The notes beneath the pieces were generated by a model, which saw only the letters and a list, made by a program, of their open reading frames with translations, made no database searches and had not been told where the DNA came from. The translations under genes and the position numbers were made by a program. From the human T2T-CHM13v2.0 reference genome, Homo sapiens: 64,000 bases of DNA. The stretch lies in assembly GCF_009914755.1 (NCBI RefSeq), contig NC_060933.1. One strand, given 5' to 3'. Position 1 is the stretch's first letter, and every line of letters starts with the position of its first letter. Shown here in pieces: positions 13,998-26,947 of this stretch.

Positions 13998-15390
13998 CTG
14001 CAGTGAAACAGAATGCTTTGAAATAGATGTATAAGACCTTATAATCATCACTTTCTCTTAGGTTTGTAGAGGATTTCTTCATTTGTGGTGAATGAGATGT
14101 GTTTTTATTGCATTACATGATGAAGGAGCATGAGGACATGGGAGGCAGTGAGTGGGATTAGAGTTAGCACAGGACGAAGTGTAAGATAGTACCACAGTTT
14201 GGGGTGCATTTCTCCATATTGCACAGGGTGTGATAACTAGTTGGTTGCTCCTCTAAAGTTCAAGGACCTCTTTAAGCTTACTTTCTCACTGAATGTTTCA
14301 AAGGACTTTACTGAGTGTCCACATGTCCTATCCTGTTGACTATTTCTTTGTAGGAATTTTGCTCACATACTTATTTCAGTATGTTCTATAATAAGTGGAG
14401 AGACAATGAAAAATCTCCTCTAGGAATAATTTTATTTCCTTTAAATGTGGTATTTCAAAACTTGTTCCTTGTGACATAGGAAATCAGTTAAGCACTGGTC
14501 CTGTGGAGTAAGCTGGATTCCAAAGGCTTTCTCTTTCAATGACCTTTACAGTCTCCCTGCTAGGCCTATTTTAGCTCCATGTGCAAATCTAAGTGGCTGA
14601 GACATCAGGAAAGAATGGTTTCCTCAGGCCTGTGAACAGAAAAACTTGAGTACTACCATAGAAAATTGAATAGTCTAAATCTTCTCTAACTTCCCCTATC
14701 TTGTCTTTCTCCATTTCTATTTAGTCTCTGGACCCTTAAACCATATTTCAGATATTTTCCTCACAATTCTATGGAAAAGTGGGTCTATTTTATGAACAGA
14801 AATTTCTTGGAAGAGCCATCTTCTATTTATATGATAACTATCTCTGCATACATAATGATTTTACCTTAAATCATAAAATTTACTTTAAAAACTCTTTTCT
14901 ATCTATGAAATGATCTGAATTAGCATGATTACAGGGCTTATCATGGAATATCTTACCTACTTACGCAATTTCAAAGTCTAGAAAGCTAGAGTGAATACAG
15001 TAGACCTTCAACATTCACTATTTTAGCATTCACAGCGTTGATTATTGGTGTAGAAGGTGCAAGACATAGAGTGACTGGTAATTTTGCTGCAGCAAAAAAT
15101 TAAATTGACATAGACAAAGATGCTAGTTTGTATGAATGCCATTTTACTAGTGAAAGCAGCTAACAAATTGTGCAGAGTCTGCATCTCAACAAGGTTTCAT
15201 ATTATCCATTCAATTTCATACATGCAATAACACAAATGTATTTTTGTGAGAAAAATGTTAAGTCCGGAGAAAAAAAAAGAAATCTGTAAAAAAATGGAAA
15301 ATACTGTTACTTTGTCATGTGAAGATATGTGGTTAAAAACCAGGTGCCAAGGGTCTTCTGGAATTGGTTGGGATGGTAACATGATCTTAC

Positions 15391-15459
15391 CAATGGTGCA
15401 TGCATATTGATATCCTTAGTTAGAGCTGTGACAGGAAATCTTCACATGCCTTCCTGAAT
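15391..15459 (-). pseudogene. Putative exon FRKACEDFLSQL*LRISICMHH (phase 2-2)
   Basis: Acceptor ...GATAATTAG|, donor TTG|GTAAGA; resembles the RGS signature FWLACEDF. Confidence 0.6.
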
Positions 15460-16413
15460 CTAATTATCACAGAACAAAGTATTTTATACTAGGCTACCCA
15501 TTTGGGGAAAAAAAAGTCCCCATTCCCAATTGCAGCTGCCAAGACCTGCTATTCTACTGCATCCCTGCCCTTCCCAAGCTGCAGAAGAACTGAGGGGAAA
15601 CAGACCTAGGCGGTTTCTTAAATTTTATTGTAAAGGAAAGATAGCAATGGGATATAAAATCTAGTAGAGAAGTCAAGGAAAACACCATACATTATTAGAG
15701 GGCAAATAAAATGCTCAAAATTACACCCATCAGAAATAGATAAGTTATTTTTTAAATTGGGACAAGCACGGAAGGCCAAATTTCTTTAGAAATAAAAAGG
15801 CGAAACAGAAAGGAATATAGCACACAAGAGAAAGCTGAAGAATGTACTGCAACAGAAGATTTATCTCAGAAAACAAAAGAAAATTGTGAGCAACAAATGC
15901 ATTTCTCATGGAAATAAAACATAGACTCTACAAGATGGGAACTTAAAGTAGAAAAAGAAGAGATCAAACATGAGACCTTTTGACAACAAAATGTGATGAA
16001 AAGACAATGTGACAACAGAAGAAAAGCTTCCATTCATAAGAACAGCAACAAAATATCTAGAAACAAATCAAATGCTAAAAATGCAGAACCATTCTGAAGA
16101 AAAGATAATGCAAATGGGGCACATAGAGGAAGAGTTGGCTAAATGTGTATATATGCCTAATTCATGATTAAGAAGTCTTAATAAAATTAAGATGCTTATA
16201 CTTACTAAAATTCCTCCAAAGTCAACTGAAACTGAAGTAAAATTAAAAATATTATTATTTTGGAATGACAAAAATATTTCTAAATTAACCTGAATGCATA
16301 AATGCGCAGTAGTCAGAAACTTTCTGAAAGGACAAATATGAGTTAAGGCTCATTCTATCATATATTAAAATATATTACAGATCCACAATATTTAAAACAG
16401 CATGGCTACAGCC

Positions 16414-16761
16414 TGTATTAGTCTATTCTCATACTGCTATGAAGAAATAACTGAGACTGGGTAATTTATAAAGAAAAAGAGGTTTAATGGACTCACAGTT
16501 TCACATGGCTGAGGAGGCCTCACAATCATGGTGGAAGGCAAAGGAGGAGCAAAGGCACATCTTACATGGCAAAAGGCAAGAAAGCATGTGTAACGGAACT
16601 CCCATTTATAAAAACATCAGATCTCATGAGATTTATTCACTATCACCACTATCATGGGAAAAACCCATCTCCATGATTCAATTACCTCCCACGGCATGTG
16701 GGGATTATGGGAGCTACAATTCAAGTTGAGACTTGGGTGGGGACACAGCCAAACCATATCA
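16414..16761 (-). mobile_element. THE1 (C/D-like) solo LTR
   Basis: tgtattagtc...ccaaaccatatca termini; TSD cagcc/cagac. Confidence 0.9.
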
Positions 16762-17007
16762 CAGACCCTAATGTATATTAATATATTCTGGAGTTTGGAA
16801 TAAGAAAAGGTCAGCACTTCCCGCTTCTTTAAATGACCAGCAAAAGATGGAATTATATTTCCAGAATGTCTTCAGCTCATTTTACATAAAAAACGACTGT
16901 CTCTTCAGTATAAATGTATGTTTGTCAATCTCTCCATCCTTAAAAATCTCCAAAATACTGAGCTAAATCAATCGCTTTGTAGTCAGTATTCTGTATAGCT
17001 CAAATCT

Positions 17008-17499
17008 ATATTTGTTTCCTGTTACTGCTGTAACAAATTACCACAAACAATAAACAATAGTTTCAAGCAATATACATTTATTCCTTAGAGTTCTTGAGGT
17101 CAGAGTCCTAACTTAGTCTTAAAGAGCTAAAATCAAGATGTTGACAGGACTGTCTCCTTCTGGAGGCTCTGGGGAGAATCTGTTTCTTCCCTCCTCTGGT
17201 TTCCAGAGGCTGTTCTCATTCTTTGACTGACGCCAGGTCATACAGCCTTTTTGTTCCCTCCTTCCATCACCATGCACCTTTTCTCTCTGACTTGGATCCT
17301 CCCGCCTGCCTCTTATGAAGACCTTTGTGATTATATGGGGCCCACCTAAATAATACAGCATAATCACTTCAAAATCGATGATTTAATGCCAGCCATAAAG
17401 TTTCTCTTACCATGTAACATAACAGATTCACAGGTGCCAGTGATTAGAATGTAGACACTTTCATAGGGGAGAGAAAGGGGCCTTGTTGTACCTACCACA
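17008..17499 (-). mobile_element. MLT1D-like MaLR LTR
   Basis: ctgctgtaacaaattaccacaaac...ttctggaggctctggggagaatctg...cctaccaca. Confidence 0.8.
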
Positions 17500-17702
17500 T
17501 TCTCTTTTGCTATCATCCTAATTATCTGGTTATTAAAAACCTGAAAAATCTAATGCCAGTCATATCCACATATGTATGTGCATTTGTGACACTGGAGCAG
17601 TGAAGAAAACTTTCCTGGATGCTGCTGAATCTTATATGTATCATCAGCTTAGTCAGTTAGCTCCATTTTAAAATAAATCAATAGACACTGAAAAACTACT
17701 TT

Positions 17703-17990
17703 GGCTGGGTGTGGTGACTCATGCCTGTAATCACAGCACTTTGGGAGGATAAACCTGGAGTATCACTTGAGGCCAGGAATTTGAGACCAGACTGGGCAAC
17801 ATTGCAAGACCCTGTCACTACAAAAAATTTTAAGAATTAGCCAGGCATAGTGGTGCATACCTGTAGTCCTAGCTACTCAGGGGGCTGAAATGAGAGGATT
17901 GCTTAATCCCAGGAGTTTGAGGCTACAGTGAGCTATGAGGGTGCCACTGCACTGCAGCCTGTGTGTCAGAGTAAGACCCTATCTCTGAAT
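17703..17990 (+). mobile_element. AluJ
   Basis: Dimeric Alu with J-type features. Confidence 0.9.
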
Positions 17991-18429
17991 AAGTAATGAT
18001 TTGCTCTTTAACAAATGAGAGAAAGTATCTAAGATTTTCTGTTGCTTTGCCTTTGTTCAATCATTTTATGCTTATATATTGAATACCTATTAATACAGAA
18101 AAATAAAAATAATTATTAGGATATAATTATAATCATAGTAGCTGTCATTTATTAAGTGCTTTCTATGGGTCATTGTGCTAAATTGCATGAAAGATTTATT
18201 TCTAATCATTCTAAAATCAGGATATTATTTCCCACTATATCCAGATGAAAACACTAAAAAATCTTAAAAGAGTTGCAAGCAAGTAGGTATTAGGAAAAAT
18301 ATTTGAACTTAATGACTCTAAGGACCCTAACTTTACAATCCACCTTTGCTCCTAGTACTTGCACAAGGCGCTAGACAACAGGAAGCAATGGCAGGACCTG
18401 TTGCCCCATGCTTCTGTTCCATTGGCGAC

Positions 18430-18970
18430 CCAGACTAATAAGAGACAAGAACAAAAGGGTAAAACATGTGCTGTGACAGAAGATGAGAATGTGACAGGAG
18501 CTCACAGGTAGGCTTCTAGCCCAGACAAAAACAGGGTACCATCTTTCCAGGAGGCAGCTGAGGACTGAAGAAGGGGTACAAGGGCAGGTTGCACAGCAGT
18601 GGGGTGAGGACTGCAGGCTGATTCAACAGAATGAGCAAATGCCTGGAGGCAAGAGAACATGGAGAGTCAAAGAGATTAAAAGAAATTCATTATGGCTGGA
18701 TGATAAATGTCAAGGAGAGGATAGCAAATGACCGGGGAAGTATGCCTGGGCCAAATTATGCAAGACCTTGTAAATCATGTTAAGGAGTTTGAACTTCATC
18801 AGAACTTCATCCAAGGGTCAGGTCAGTCCCTTTAAAAGTTTTCAGCCAGGAGTTATTTGATACTTGAGCAAATTTGCATATTAGAATGAGAGGAAGCATG
18901 ACTTCGATGGGGACAGTGCTGGGAACAGTGAGGCCAGCCAGTCAGCTGTTGTAAGTCTCCAGTCATTATG
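18430..18970. mobile_element. L2 remnant
   Basis: gaccttgtaaatcatgttaaggagtttgaactt motif. Confidence 0.55.
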
Positions 18971-19813
18971 GAGGTGTTGCAAAGCTAATATTTTCATATT
19001 AACACATACATGGAAATATTGTGAAGAAAAAGGCAAAATTCACAAGGATTTTAAATATAAAGCACCCAGCTTCAAAGAAATCTCATACTTGCAAAACAAT
19101 CCCGAAGTCTGTTGCTCCAGCTCCCTCTCTGCACCCTCCCTCACCCCTGAGTGTATTCTGCACTGCCAGATTGAATACGTCGCTGGGCAACGCCGCAGAT
19201 GCACAAGGACTTTGTATGGTGCAGTAGCCTGGTATCTCCCTAAAGCAAAGCCTGTGGGAAGGTATTTTATTTGCAAATGGTTCCAAGGAGCCAGTGTGAG
19301 GGGCAGGAGAGTGAAGTAGGGAAGGAAAGCAAATACAAGAAGTCATTTTCATTCTGGTGGAACCTTCTGAGGTGCCTAAGGAAATGCATCTTAGAACTTT
19401 TCTTTATGGAGATGACCTAGGAATCACATTTGTCTTCTATCACCGGGGTTTCCATTACTCATTGCTCAAGGGTGGCAGTTCCATGAATCAGTGCCTAGGG
19501 GGTTGCCACAGGGGTCCAAGCTGAGTAGCTCTAGGCAGGGCATTGGGGGTCCATAGCGCAGGCCCACAGTGAGGCCCCCTGCAAGCTCTACTTGTATGAA
19601 GCTGGTTAAAGCTTACATAGAAGCAATTGCCACAGCCACGCCAGATTCAGGGTGGAGCTGTGATTGTAATAGCGCTCACTGCTCTCTGAAGTTCCTTTTT
19701 TATTGTATTTTTCATGTGTGTATTGCCTTTCTCACCCATTAGACTGCAAGATCAAGTTGTCTTTTTCTTTTTAAACTGCCACCACTTCAGTTATGGAAAT
19801 CTATCTGCCTTAC

Positions 19814-20271
19814 ACTAGATGCTTAAACATTTTTTCATTGAGGAGTGACTGTGAAGTCCCAAGTGTCTGCCGTGTATGTGGTTGCCTCTTTAAGATGGTG
19901 GGTGAGACTAGATTTTTTGCATTTGGTTTTTCCACTTTCAATGCTGAAGTTCACACAGTCTGCTACTGAGGGAATACAGTAGCTGCAGCAGATTGGACAG
20001 AAGACCATTTCAAGGCTGGAAGGCAACTATACACATAGATCAAGAGAAATGTTGATTTCTCAGCCACCATGAAGTATTCTATCAGGTGCAGTCACTCCAC
20101 ATTGGATGATTCCAAAGTAACCCATTAAATCCCATTCTTTGGAAAGTATACATTCAGGAGCAAAAGAAAAAGGGCCTCTCCCAGCTCCACATTTTTCCCC
20201 TGACTGATGCTGGGCCACTCATCTTATTGTTTATGAAGCTTTCTGCAAATCTCAGAAACAGAAATTTGAAA
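19814..20271 (-). pseudogene. Putative 458-nt exon (...LLLNVYFPKNGI*WVTLESSNVE*LH...ILKRQPHTRQTLGTSQSLLNEKMFKHL), phase 0-2
   Basis: Acceptor GCTTCCCCCTAG|, donor AGT|GTAAGG; phases match both neighbours; 5 in-frame stops. Confidence 0.55.
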
Positions 20272-20371
20272 CTAGGGGGAAGCATGCTGATGGTAAGAAA
20301 AGTGGCACTGTTTCAAAACCCCTACCTGTCTTGAATAACTCAACCGACAGGTCTGGTAAAAATTGATTCTT

Positions 20372-20666
20372 GGCAGGGTGCTGTGGCTCATGCCTGTAAT
20401 CCCAGCACTTCGGGAGGCCGAGGCAGGGAGATTACTTGAGGTCAGGAGTTTGTGACCAGTCTGGCCAACATGGCGAAACCCCGTCTCTACTAAAAGTACA
20501 AAAGTTAGCAGGGCGTGGTGGTACCCACCTGTAATCCCAGCTACTCGGGAGGCTGAGGCAGGAGGATCACTTGATCCTGAGAGGCAGGGTTGCAGCGAGC
20601 CGAGATTATGCCACCGCACTCCAGCCTGGATGACAGAGTGAGACTCTGTCTCAAAACAAAAAAAAA
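20372..20666 (+). mobile_element. AluS
   Basis: Dimeric Alu with A-rich tail. Confidence 0.9.
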
Positions 20667-21329
20667 ATTCTCGCAAAGTTTGTATTCTGTTCACAGACAT
20701 CATTAGAGATCACATTCTAATATTGTGTTGTATACCAATTTCCAACCAAATTTACATTTTAGAATGGGAAGCAGATTTGGAACTCATCCTCCCATCAACC
20801 CTCTTCAGCCAGCCCCATGTGTGGCCAACAGGAAATTAAGGCTCAGAAAAGTGAAGTAACCGCTCTATGTTACCCAGCTATTTTGTGGCAGAAACAAAAT
20901 GAGAGTCTTTCTGTGTGGTATATAGTTCTTGTTTCAGAGCAATTCAGTAGCGTGTGGGTTACTGATAATGTTAAAAGTGGCAGGTTTGATTTTTGTGTAT
21001 AGGCCATGGATTCTTCCCTGCTTCCACCAACCTCCCTGAAACACATAAACTAGCCTACAAATGCCTTGAGGGTTAGAAACGTGTCTTTTATCCAGTGCCT
21101 GGCACATTGTAGGGTCTCAAAAAATATTTGTTGTAAAATGAATTTCTCTGGCTATGGTATTAGTCATCCCGAAGGAGGATAATAACCTTTTTCCCCAAAT
21201 ACATTTTTCTCCGCTATCCTGGTTACTTTCTCCTGTCTTTGTTTATAGTCAATCAATATCGCTATTAAGGCGCCTCCAGCTTTGTTGTATTCGAGTTCGG
21301 AGCCTTGTCTGTTGGACAGCCCGACTTAC

Positions 21330-21570
21330 CACAGAGATACCAAACACCCTTTCAAAATCTATTACTGGGTCAAGCCTCAACTCTACTACTTTAAAAATCA
21401 TTTCTCCAAGGTTTGCTTTAAAGTTTTCTTTCTCTCCATGTCAGCAGGATAGCTGTGAATTTCTTACTTTCAGCAAGCCCTCCTTTGAGTAATGGTGACC
21501 CAGTAAGAGGGATTTTCACATACGGTAAAATCTTTCTGTCAGAGGTTTAGACTTTCTCCCATTCATCTAG
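21330..21570 (-). pseudogene. Putative exon *MNGRKSKPLTERFYRM*KSLLLG...VELRLDPVIDFERVFGISV (phase 2-0)
   Basis: Acceptor CATTTTCTAAG|, donor GTG|GTAAGT; 241 nt = 1+80 codons; 3 stops. Confidence 0.55.
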
Positions 21571-23684
21571 CTTAGAAAATGACTCTTTTTTTTTTTTTGC
21601 TCAGTTTCTGTAATTATCATTACTGCCTTGACTAATGCCAGTGTAAAGCCCAAGTCTAGCAATATAAGATAGACTAAACAGAATTTCATTGCAAGGTAAA
21701 AATTGTATTCTTTGTAAATGTGTTTCTTGCCAAGGATACCCATTGTTAGGTGCTAAAGGGATATGCTACCAAGGAATATATTTAATAGCATAATTTTAAA
21801 ATAATGCCATTGATTTGTATAACTCTGGACTTAGAATTTGTACCTTATCTTACACACTGATTTGTTTCCCTTATATTTCCACACAAAAAAAATAAAGCAG
21901 GTATAATGTTCTTTGAGAAATATACAAAGAAAAGTTTCTACCAAGTTTATCAATTCGCTGGGTCTCGCCTCTGGTGAATTGAAGCTAGTCCTCTGGAGGG
22001 AGTAGAATTCAGAAAAAAGGGATTAGAGAATGTTGAAAGGCCATAGAATATTGAAGCCATGAAAAATTTGGCAAAATTGGTTTCCAAAATCCTTATTGGA
22101 AGAACCAAGACCATTTGGGGGGTTTCAGGGAAACAGTGGCATCAAATGTAAGGAATGAGACAAGAACAGGAAGAGAATAGCATTGATACTGAAAAAGTCA
22201 GAAGCAGAGTGAGATATGAATAACCAAGATTGAGCCACGAAGAAAAAAAGCTTATGATGACCCAGCCAATGAACTTGTGCCAAAGGGCAATCTTAGTTGC
22301 CAATAGCAATGCTGTATCTATGTGTTTGATGAACAGCTAGCTCTCCTGTAAATGTTTTTCCATTTGTGTCAGTGAAGAAATCTATAAATAATTGCCACCA
22401 AATAGTAAATGTCACCATTTAAGTTGTTCAACAAATCTTTATTAAGGATTACGGTGAGGAGCCATTAGATTAGGTACTGTGCTTGTTCAAAAATGAGTTA
22501 GAGATGGTAGCTGTCCTTGAAAACATACAACCATAAAGGGAGAAAAGTAGAAAATAAGTATAGAACAGGGCTGTTTATGATCATTTCAGTAATAAGCACC
22601 TATTATATGCTAGACACTGTTTTAAATTCCTTCTAGGTATTACACAGACAACTGTTAGAAGAGATTAAGAGACATAACAACTGTCTACGTAATTAGAGGA
22701 AAAAGTATAGGTTGAAAGTATAGGTAGAATTTCCATGGATGTAGTGGTTTCACTAGAGCGTTCCACTCAGATAAATTGAACCAGGAAAAATAAGGAGGGC
22801 AAATACTATAAAGCCCCTGGAGGAAAAAGCTGAATGGAAGCTGTGATGGCACAGAGATGTATTTTAGGAAGCAGGGGTTTCTGCATCAGCTTTGATACTA
22901 AGCCAAAAGGTTTGATTTTTATTTTGTAGGCACTGGGAAACTATTGAAGGTTGCTGAGGACAGACTCACATGATAGAAACTGATTAATCTAGAAGACTGA
23001 GAGTAGATGAGAAAACATCAGGTAGTCATGACAATAGCTCACACCCAAAACAACAAGGCCAATAGAAGGGAAGATAAGGGAGGGATTCCAGAAGGTAGCC
23101 TTATGGGCTTTAAGTTGTCACTATCCAGTTGGTTATCTCTACAAAAGGTCCCACCACCATGCATTTTTTTTGCAATAACTTGCATATCCATAGAGATGTT
23201 CTAAGCGTCATTTGGGAAGCAACTTGGTAACTACGAATACTGAAATGTGCTTCTAGCGGTCTTTTATAAGCAGACTTCCCAAGGGTAAGCTGTGATGTAA
23301 GCTGTGAAAATGGTTACATACAAAATCCACAGATTTCTAACCAGAATGCTTATAGAACTCATTATTCAATTTCAAGAGTGTGCCATTTGTTCTGGAACAA
23401 AAATAGGACCAATATCAATGAAGCAGTGTTTTGAAGTTTTTGGGCATGATTACATAGCTTGGGAAAATGTTAATATTTGGTAGATATGGCCAAGAAAATA
23501 TTGTTTGTAAAAGAAAGGTCACTTCTAAATTCTTACCTATAGATTGAGGAGTATTATGTAACTTTTGGTTTCTACAGTGGAATTTTCTCTTTCTATTCCA
23601 TTCCCTTTCTTCTCTCAAAACCCAATGGCAAGCAATGGGGAGGAAGAGAAATGCATAAGGCACGTTGCTTCAAGTGTACCTTAC

Positions 23685-23891
23685 TCAAGACAACGTATGT
23701 AGACAGCCGGAAGAGTGAGCACTCTCATTTCTCAGGAACTGATTCCTTCCAGCCAATAAACAGATCATACCACAGTGAAATACAACTATGTTGTTCAAGC
23801 AATGGGTATGAGCTGCACCAAATACTTGGCAGGCGTGCACCCTCTCATTAACCCTTATAAACAGGATTTCAATTCTTTCCCTCAACACCTT
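23685..23891 (-). pseudogene. Putative exon KVLRERIEILFIRVNERVHACQVFGAAHTHCLNN... / WLEGISS*EMRVLTLPAVYIRCL
   Basis: Acceptor TGTCTTTTAAAG|, donor TGA|GTAAGG; a net frameshift gives a phase-2 end matching the next exon. Confidence 0.55.
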
Positions 23892-26203
23892 CTTTAAAAG
23901 ACATAAACCCCTCCAAATTCCTCCCCAGGTCTTTCTCCAAAAAAGTTTCTCCTACAAATGACTGTTTAATTTACACATCGGTTTTTCTTATTAAAATGCT
24001 AGTGGCCTATAGAGATCCCCTTGTAGCCAGGAATAGCAGGAGAGATTTATGTGTGGTGTCGCCTTTACTAAAATCTTAACCCCTCCTGGCAAAAGTACCA
24101 CTGAATTCCTGGTTCACTCCACTCCTGCCATCAATGAAACAAAATATTCCACAATTTTAGCAGTTCCCACTTCCTGTTTTATCTCCATTTTATGAGATCC
24201 AGCTTTCCAGAATATGTTTGGTGATTATTTTACTTAATCATTTTATTCCTACTGACAAAAAATTAATACTTTTCCAGGACTTATATAATAAATCCTCTTC
24301 TGAATTTTTCCAGTAATTGATATTTTCTACTCCATATTTCCATATAATAGAAAATTAATATAGGTTCAAATTAATGAATTATAGTAATTAACCTTGTTAT
24401 CCTTATGGGCTCACTTTAAGCCTAACAACAATTTATTTTCATTTTCTAAATTGCCTTCCAAAAAAGTTATAGTAATTTATATACTCTTCAAAAACATTAG
24501 CAGAGTCATGGTTCAAACTCAGGACTGTTGAATTCAATTGTCATATTCTAATGGTAAAAGACATAGGAAGTGCCTTGTGCCATCCCTACTAACACACAAA
24601 CACCAACAATATTAAATGCACAGGTGAGCATGTGATCAAGAATCATACACATTTTAGGAAAACCAGTAGAAAGCACAGGAAATACAAGCAGGAGAGCTAA
24701 AACTTCAGAGAAATAGAATTAATTATGTAAGTCAAAGGAGCGTTCAGAAGAAGTATAATTAGTCCCTAGAGGAATGTGAGAGGACTCTTCATGAGATAAG
24801 AGCTGGTTTTAAAAACCTGTCTACTAGAGATCAATGGAGTAAATGAAATTAAAACTTTGATGAAATGGTAAAATAAAGTCATAAGCTGAGACATCAAGTA
24901 AAATGATTCTATTAGTATCAATGTAGGAGAATAAAGAAATTGAAAGGATAAAATAAAATATAAAGGCCATGGAGTAATGATATGGACATTCCAATATCAT
25001 TTAATAATAATTCTGGGACACTAGGAGAGGAAGATTTTAATTGTGAGGAGGGTCTGCAGTATGGGTGGCAAGGTAAACTTCATTGAGAAGAGGGAAAGTG
25101 AGCAGAGTTATTGATAACATTTCTTGATGGTATTCCCAATCAATGTGAATGGATTAAATTTCCTTGTTAAAAGGTGAAGGCACTGGATTGAGTACATGAA
25201 AAACTAAACAAAGAGAGAAAGAATCCAGCAATATAAAGTTTACAAAGAACACAATTCAAACAAAATAAGACAAGAAAGGGCAAAATGAAAGTGAAAAGGA
25301 TGTCTTTTGACTGCCTTCAAAAGGCATTCAAAAATTGTGGTTGTGTACATACACCTCTAACACAGCAGACACCACTCTACACTGTGATACTTGTAAACAG
25401 AGTAAGGGGCCTTTATTTCTGGGTTTTATTTTGTTGCTTTGTTTTGTTTCTTTTTTAGTCCCTAGAATAGCAGCATTACTTGGCATTTTTTATAACAAAT
25501 AAATGAAAAAGAAAACCAAAATAATCATCATTTATCTGCATTTGAATGTTCAGCATAGGCTAGCATTTCAGTTAATTGAATAAAAATACAACAAAATTCT
25601 TTACTCTGAATAATTAGTTCCTGGGTAGCTTTTGTGAACAATCATAATAATGAGCAATGGTTGTTTTTTTCCATTGCCAACTACATCTTATATCTTAAAT
25701 TATCATCAAAAAAACTCTTGAGAAAAATTCAGTCTTCTTCCTGTTTGGGAGGTTTCTATATAACTTCACCTTTCCCCTCTATTTAATTCAATAAATATTT
25801 ATCGAGCACTAAAGTACACAACTTACTATGCTAGGTGTCACGATTCCTTTATCTGTCAACCAAAAAAAGGCACTCATCTTCAAGTTGACAATCTGGCAGA
25901 GGACAGAAAAACAAACTTGGCCTCCTTGTATTAAAGTATCTGTTAACACGTATTTATTGTGCACCTGTTACATGCCAGGGCAGATCTGCAGCATAAGATG
26001 GGGACGCGAATAGTGTTCCTGCTAATTGTGTGTCATGATATTTGCTGTGGTACTGAGGATAGGGAGGAAACAAAAGAGACAAGGTAGCTGCCCTCAAAGA
26101 GCTTGCATTCAAGCTCAGAGAGTAATGGGAGACAGAAAATGAAAGCAGAAATTGTAAAAGTATAGATGCTAAATTATGAGGCCCTTGATGAGACATATTG
26201 TAC

Positions 26204-26447
26204 ATTATTGAATCAGAAGTGCAAAGGTATTGATTTTTTGAAGAATAAACTCTACATTTGCTATGACAGCATCTTGGTCACAGGCAATTATTAAACATTC
26301 GTTCTTTTAATATTAGCAGAACTCAGAAAGTTTTTGGCTGCTTGCTCTAATCTGGTAGTACTCCTGCCTGCCTTGATTTTCTGTCGGTCTGTGACTCTGT
26401 GACTCTATCTCGCTTCTTCTTTTTGGTTCTCTTCAATGAAATGGCAC
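26204..26447 (-). pseudogene. Putative exon GAISLKRTKKKKRDR...QPKTF*VLLILKERMFNNCL / DQDAVIANVEFILQKINTF
   Basis: Acceptor TTTGTTTTGTAG|; phase 1 matches exon 26517-26569; donor weak, so the lower boundary is uncertain. Confidence 0.55.
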
Positions 26448-26516
26448 CTACAAAACAAATTACTTCTTTTGACTGCAGCTGGCTTGTTCACAGTGGGGCT
26501 TTTGATATGAACAAAC

Positions 26517-26569
26517 CTGAAGATGTCAGGCTGTATAAACACTCAGAGAAAGATGTGTTCACAAAGGCT
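26517..26569 (-). pseudogene. Putative 53-nt exon AFVNTSFSECLYSLTSS (phase 2-1)
   Basis: Acceptor TAATTTTCCAG|, donor CAG|GTTTGT; phases match both neighbours. Confidence 0.55.
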
Positions 26570-26682
26570 CTGGAAAATTATATGCTACTTCCAAAATGCT
26601 TTGCCACATTTAAAAGTGTAATTATACCCTTCTTCTTAATAACTGACATGACATATGTTTACATGTGTTTTAGCCGACTTAT

Positions 26683-26796
26683 GACAGTACACAGTCGTGT
26701 GTTGTACGTTTGGTAGCAACATCTACAATTTCATGGGAAAAACATCTGAAGCTGTCTGTTGATGTTGCCCTACTGTTTTACAATAAATAATGCAAC
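26683..26796 (-). pseudogene. Putative exon LHYLL*NSRATSTDSFRCFSHEIVDVATKRTTHDCVL (phase 2-2)
   Basis: Acceptor AAATTTGCAG|, donor mutated to ATAAGT; 114 nt. Confidence 0.55.
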
Positions 26797-26947
26797 CTGC
26801 AAATTTCATAATACTTTTTAATCTTTGTATAATAAATTTAATTGTCATTTTCTCTTGTTGGTTGCGAGAACCATTTGCTCAACCACACCGACCTTGTTTC
26901 AGATTTATTTGTTTTCCTTTGGCCGTTTATTTGGTTGGAATATCTAG

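Noticed and set aside
20030-20140. Alternative-frame EINISLDL motif resembling RGS EINI
   Set aside because: Out of frame with the phase-consistent reading; probably chance unless compensating frameshifts exist
20272-20703. 143-aa ORF and similar ORFs at 8.3, 11.6, 43.3 and 49.7 kb
   Set aside because: Alu-derived translations
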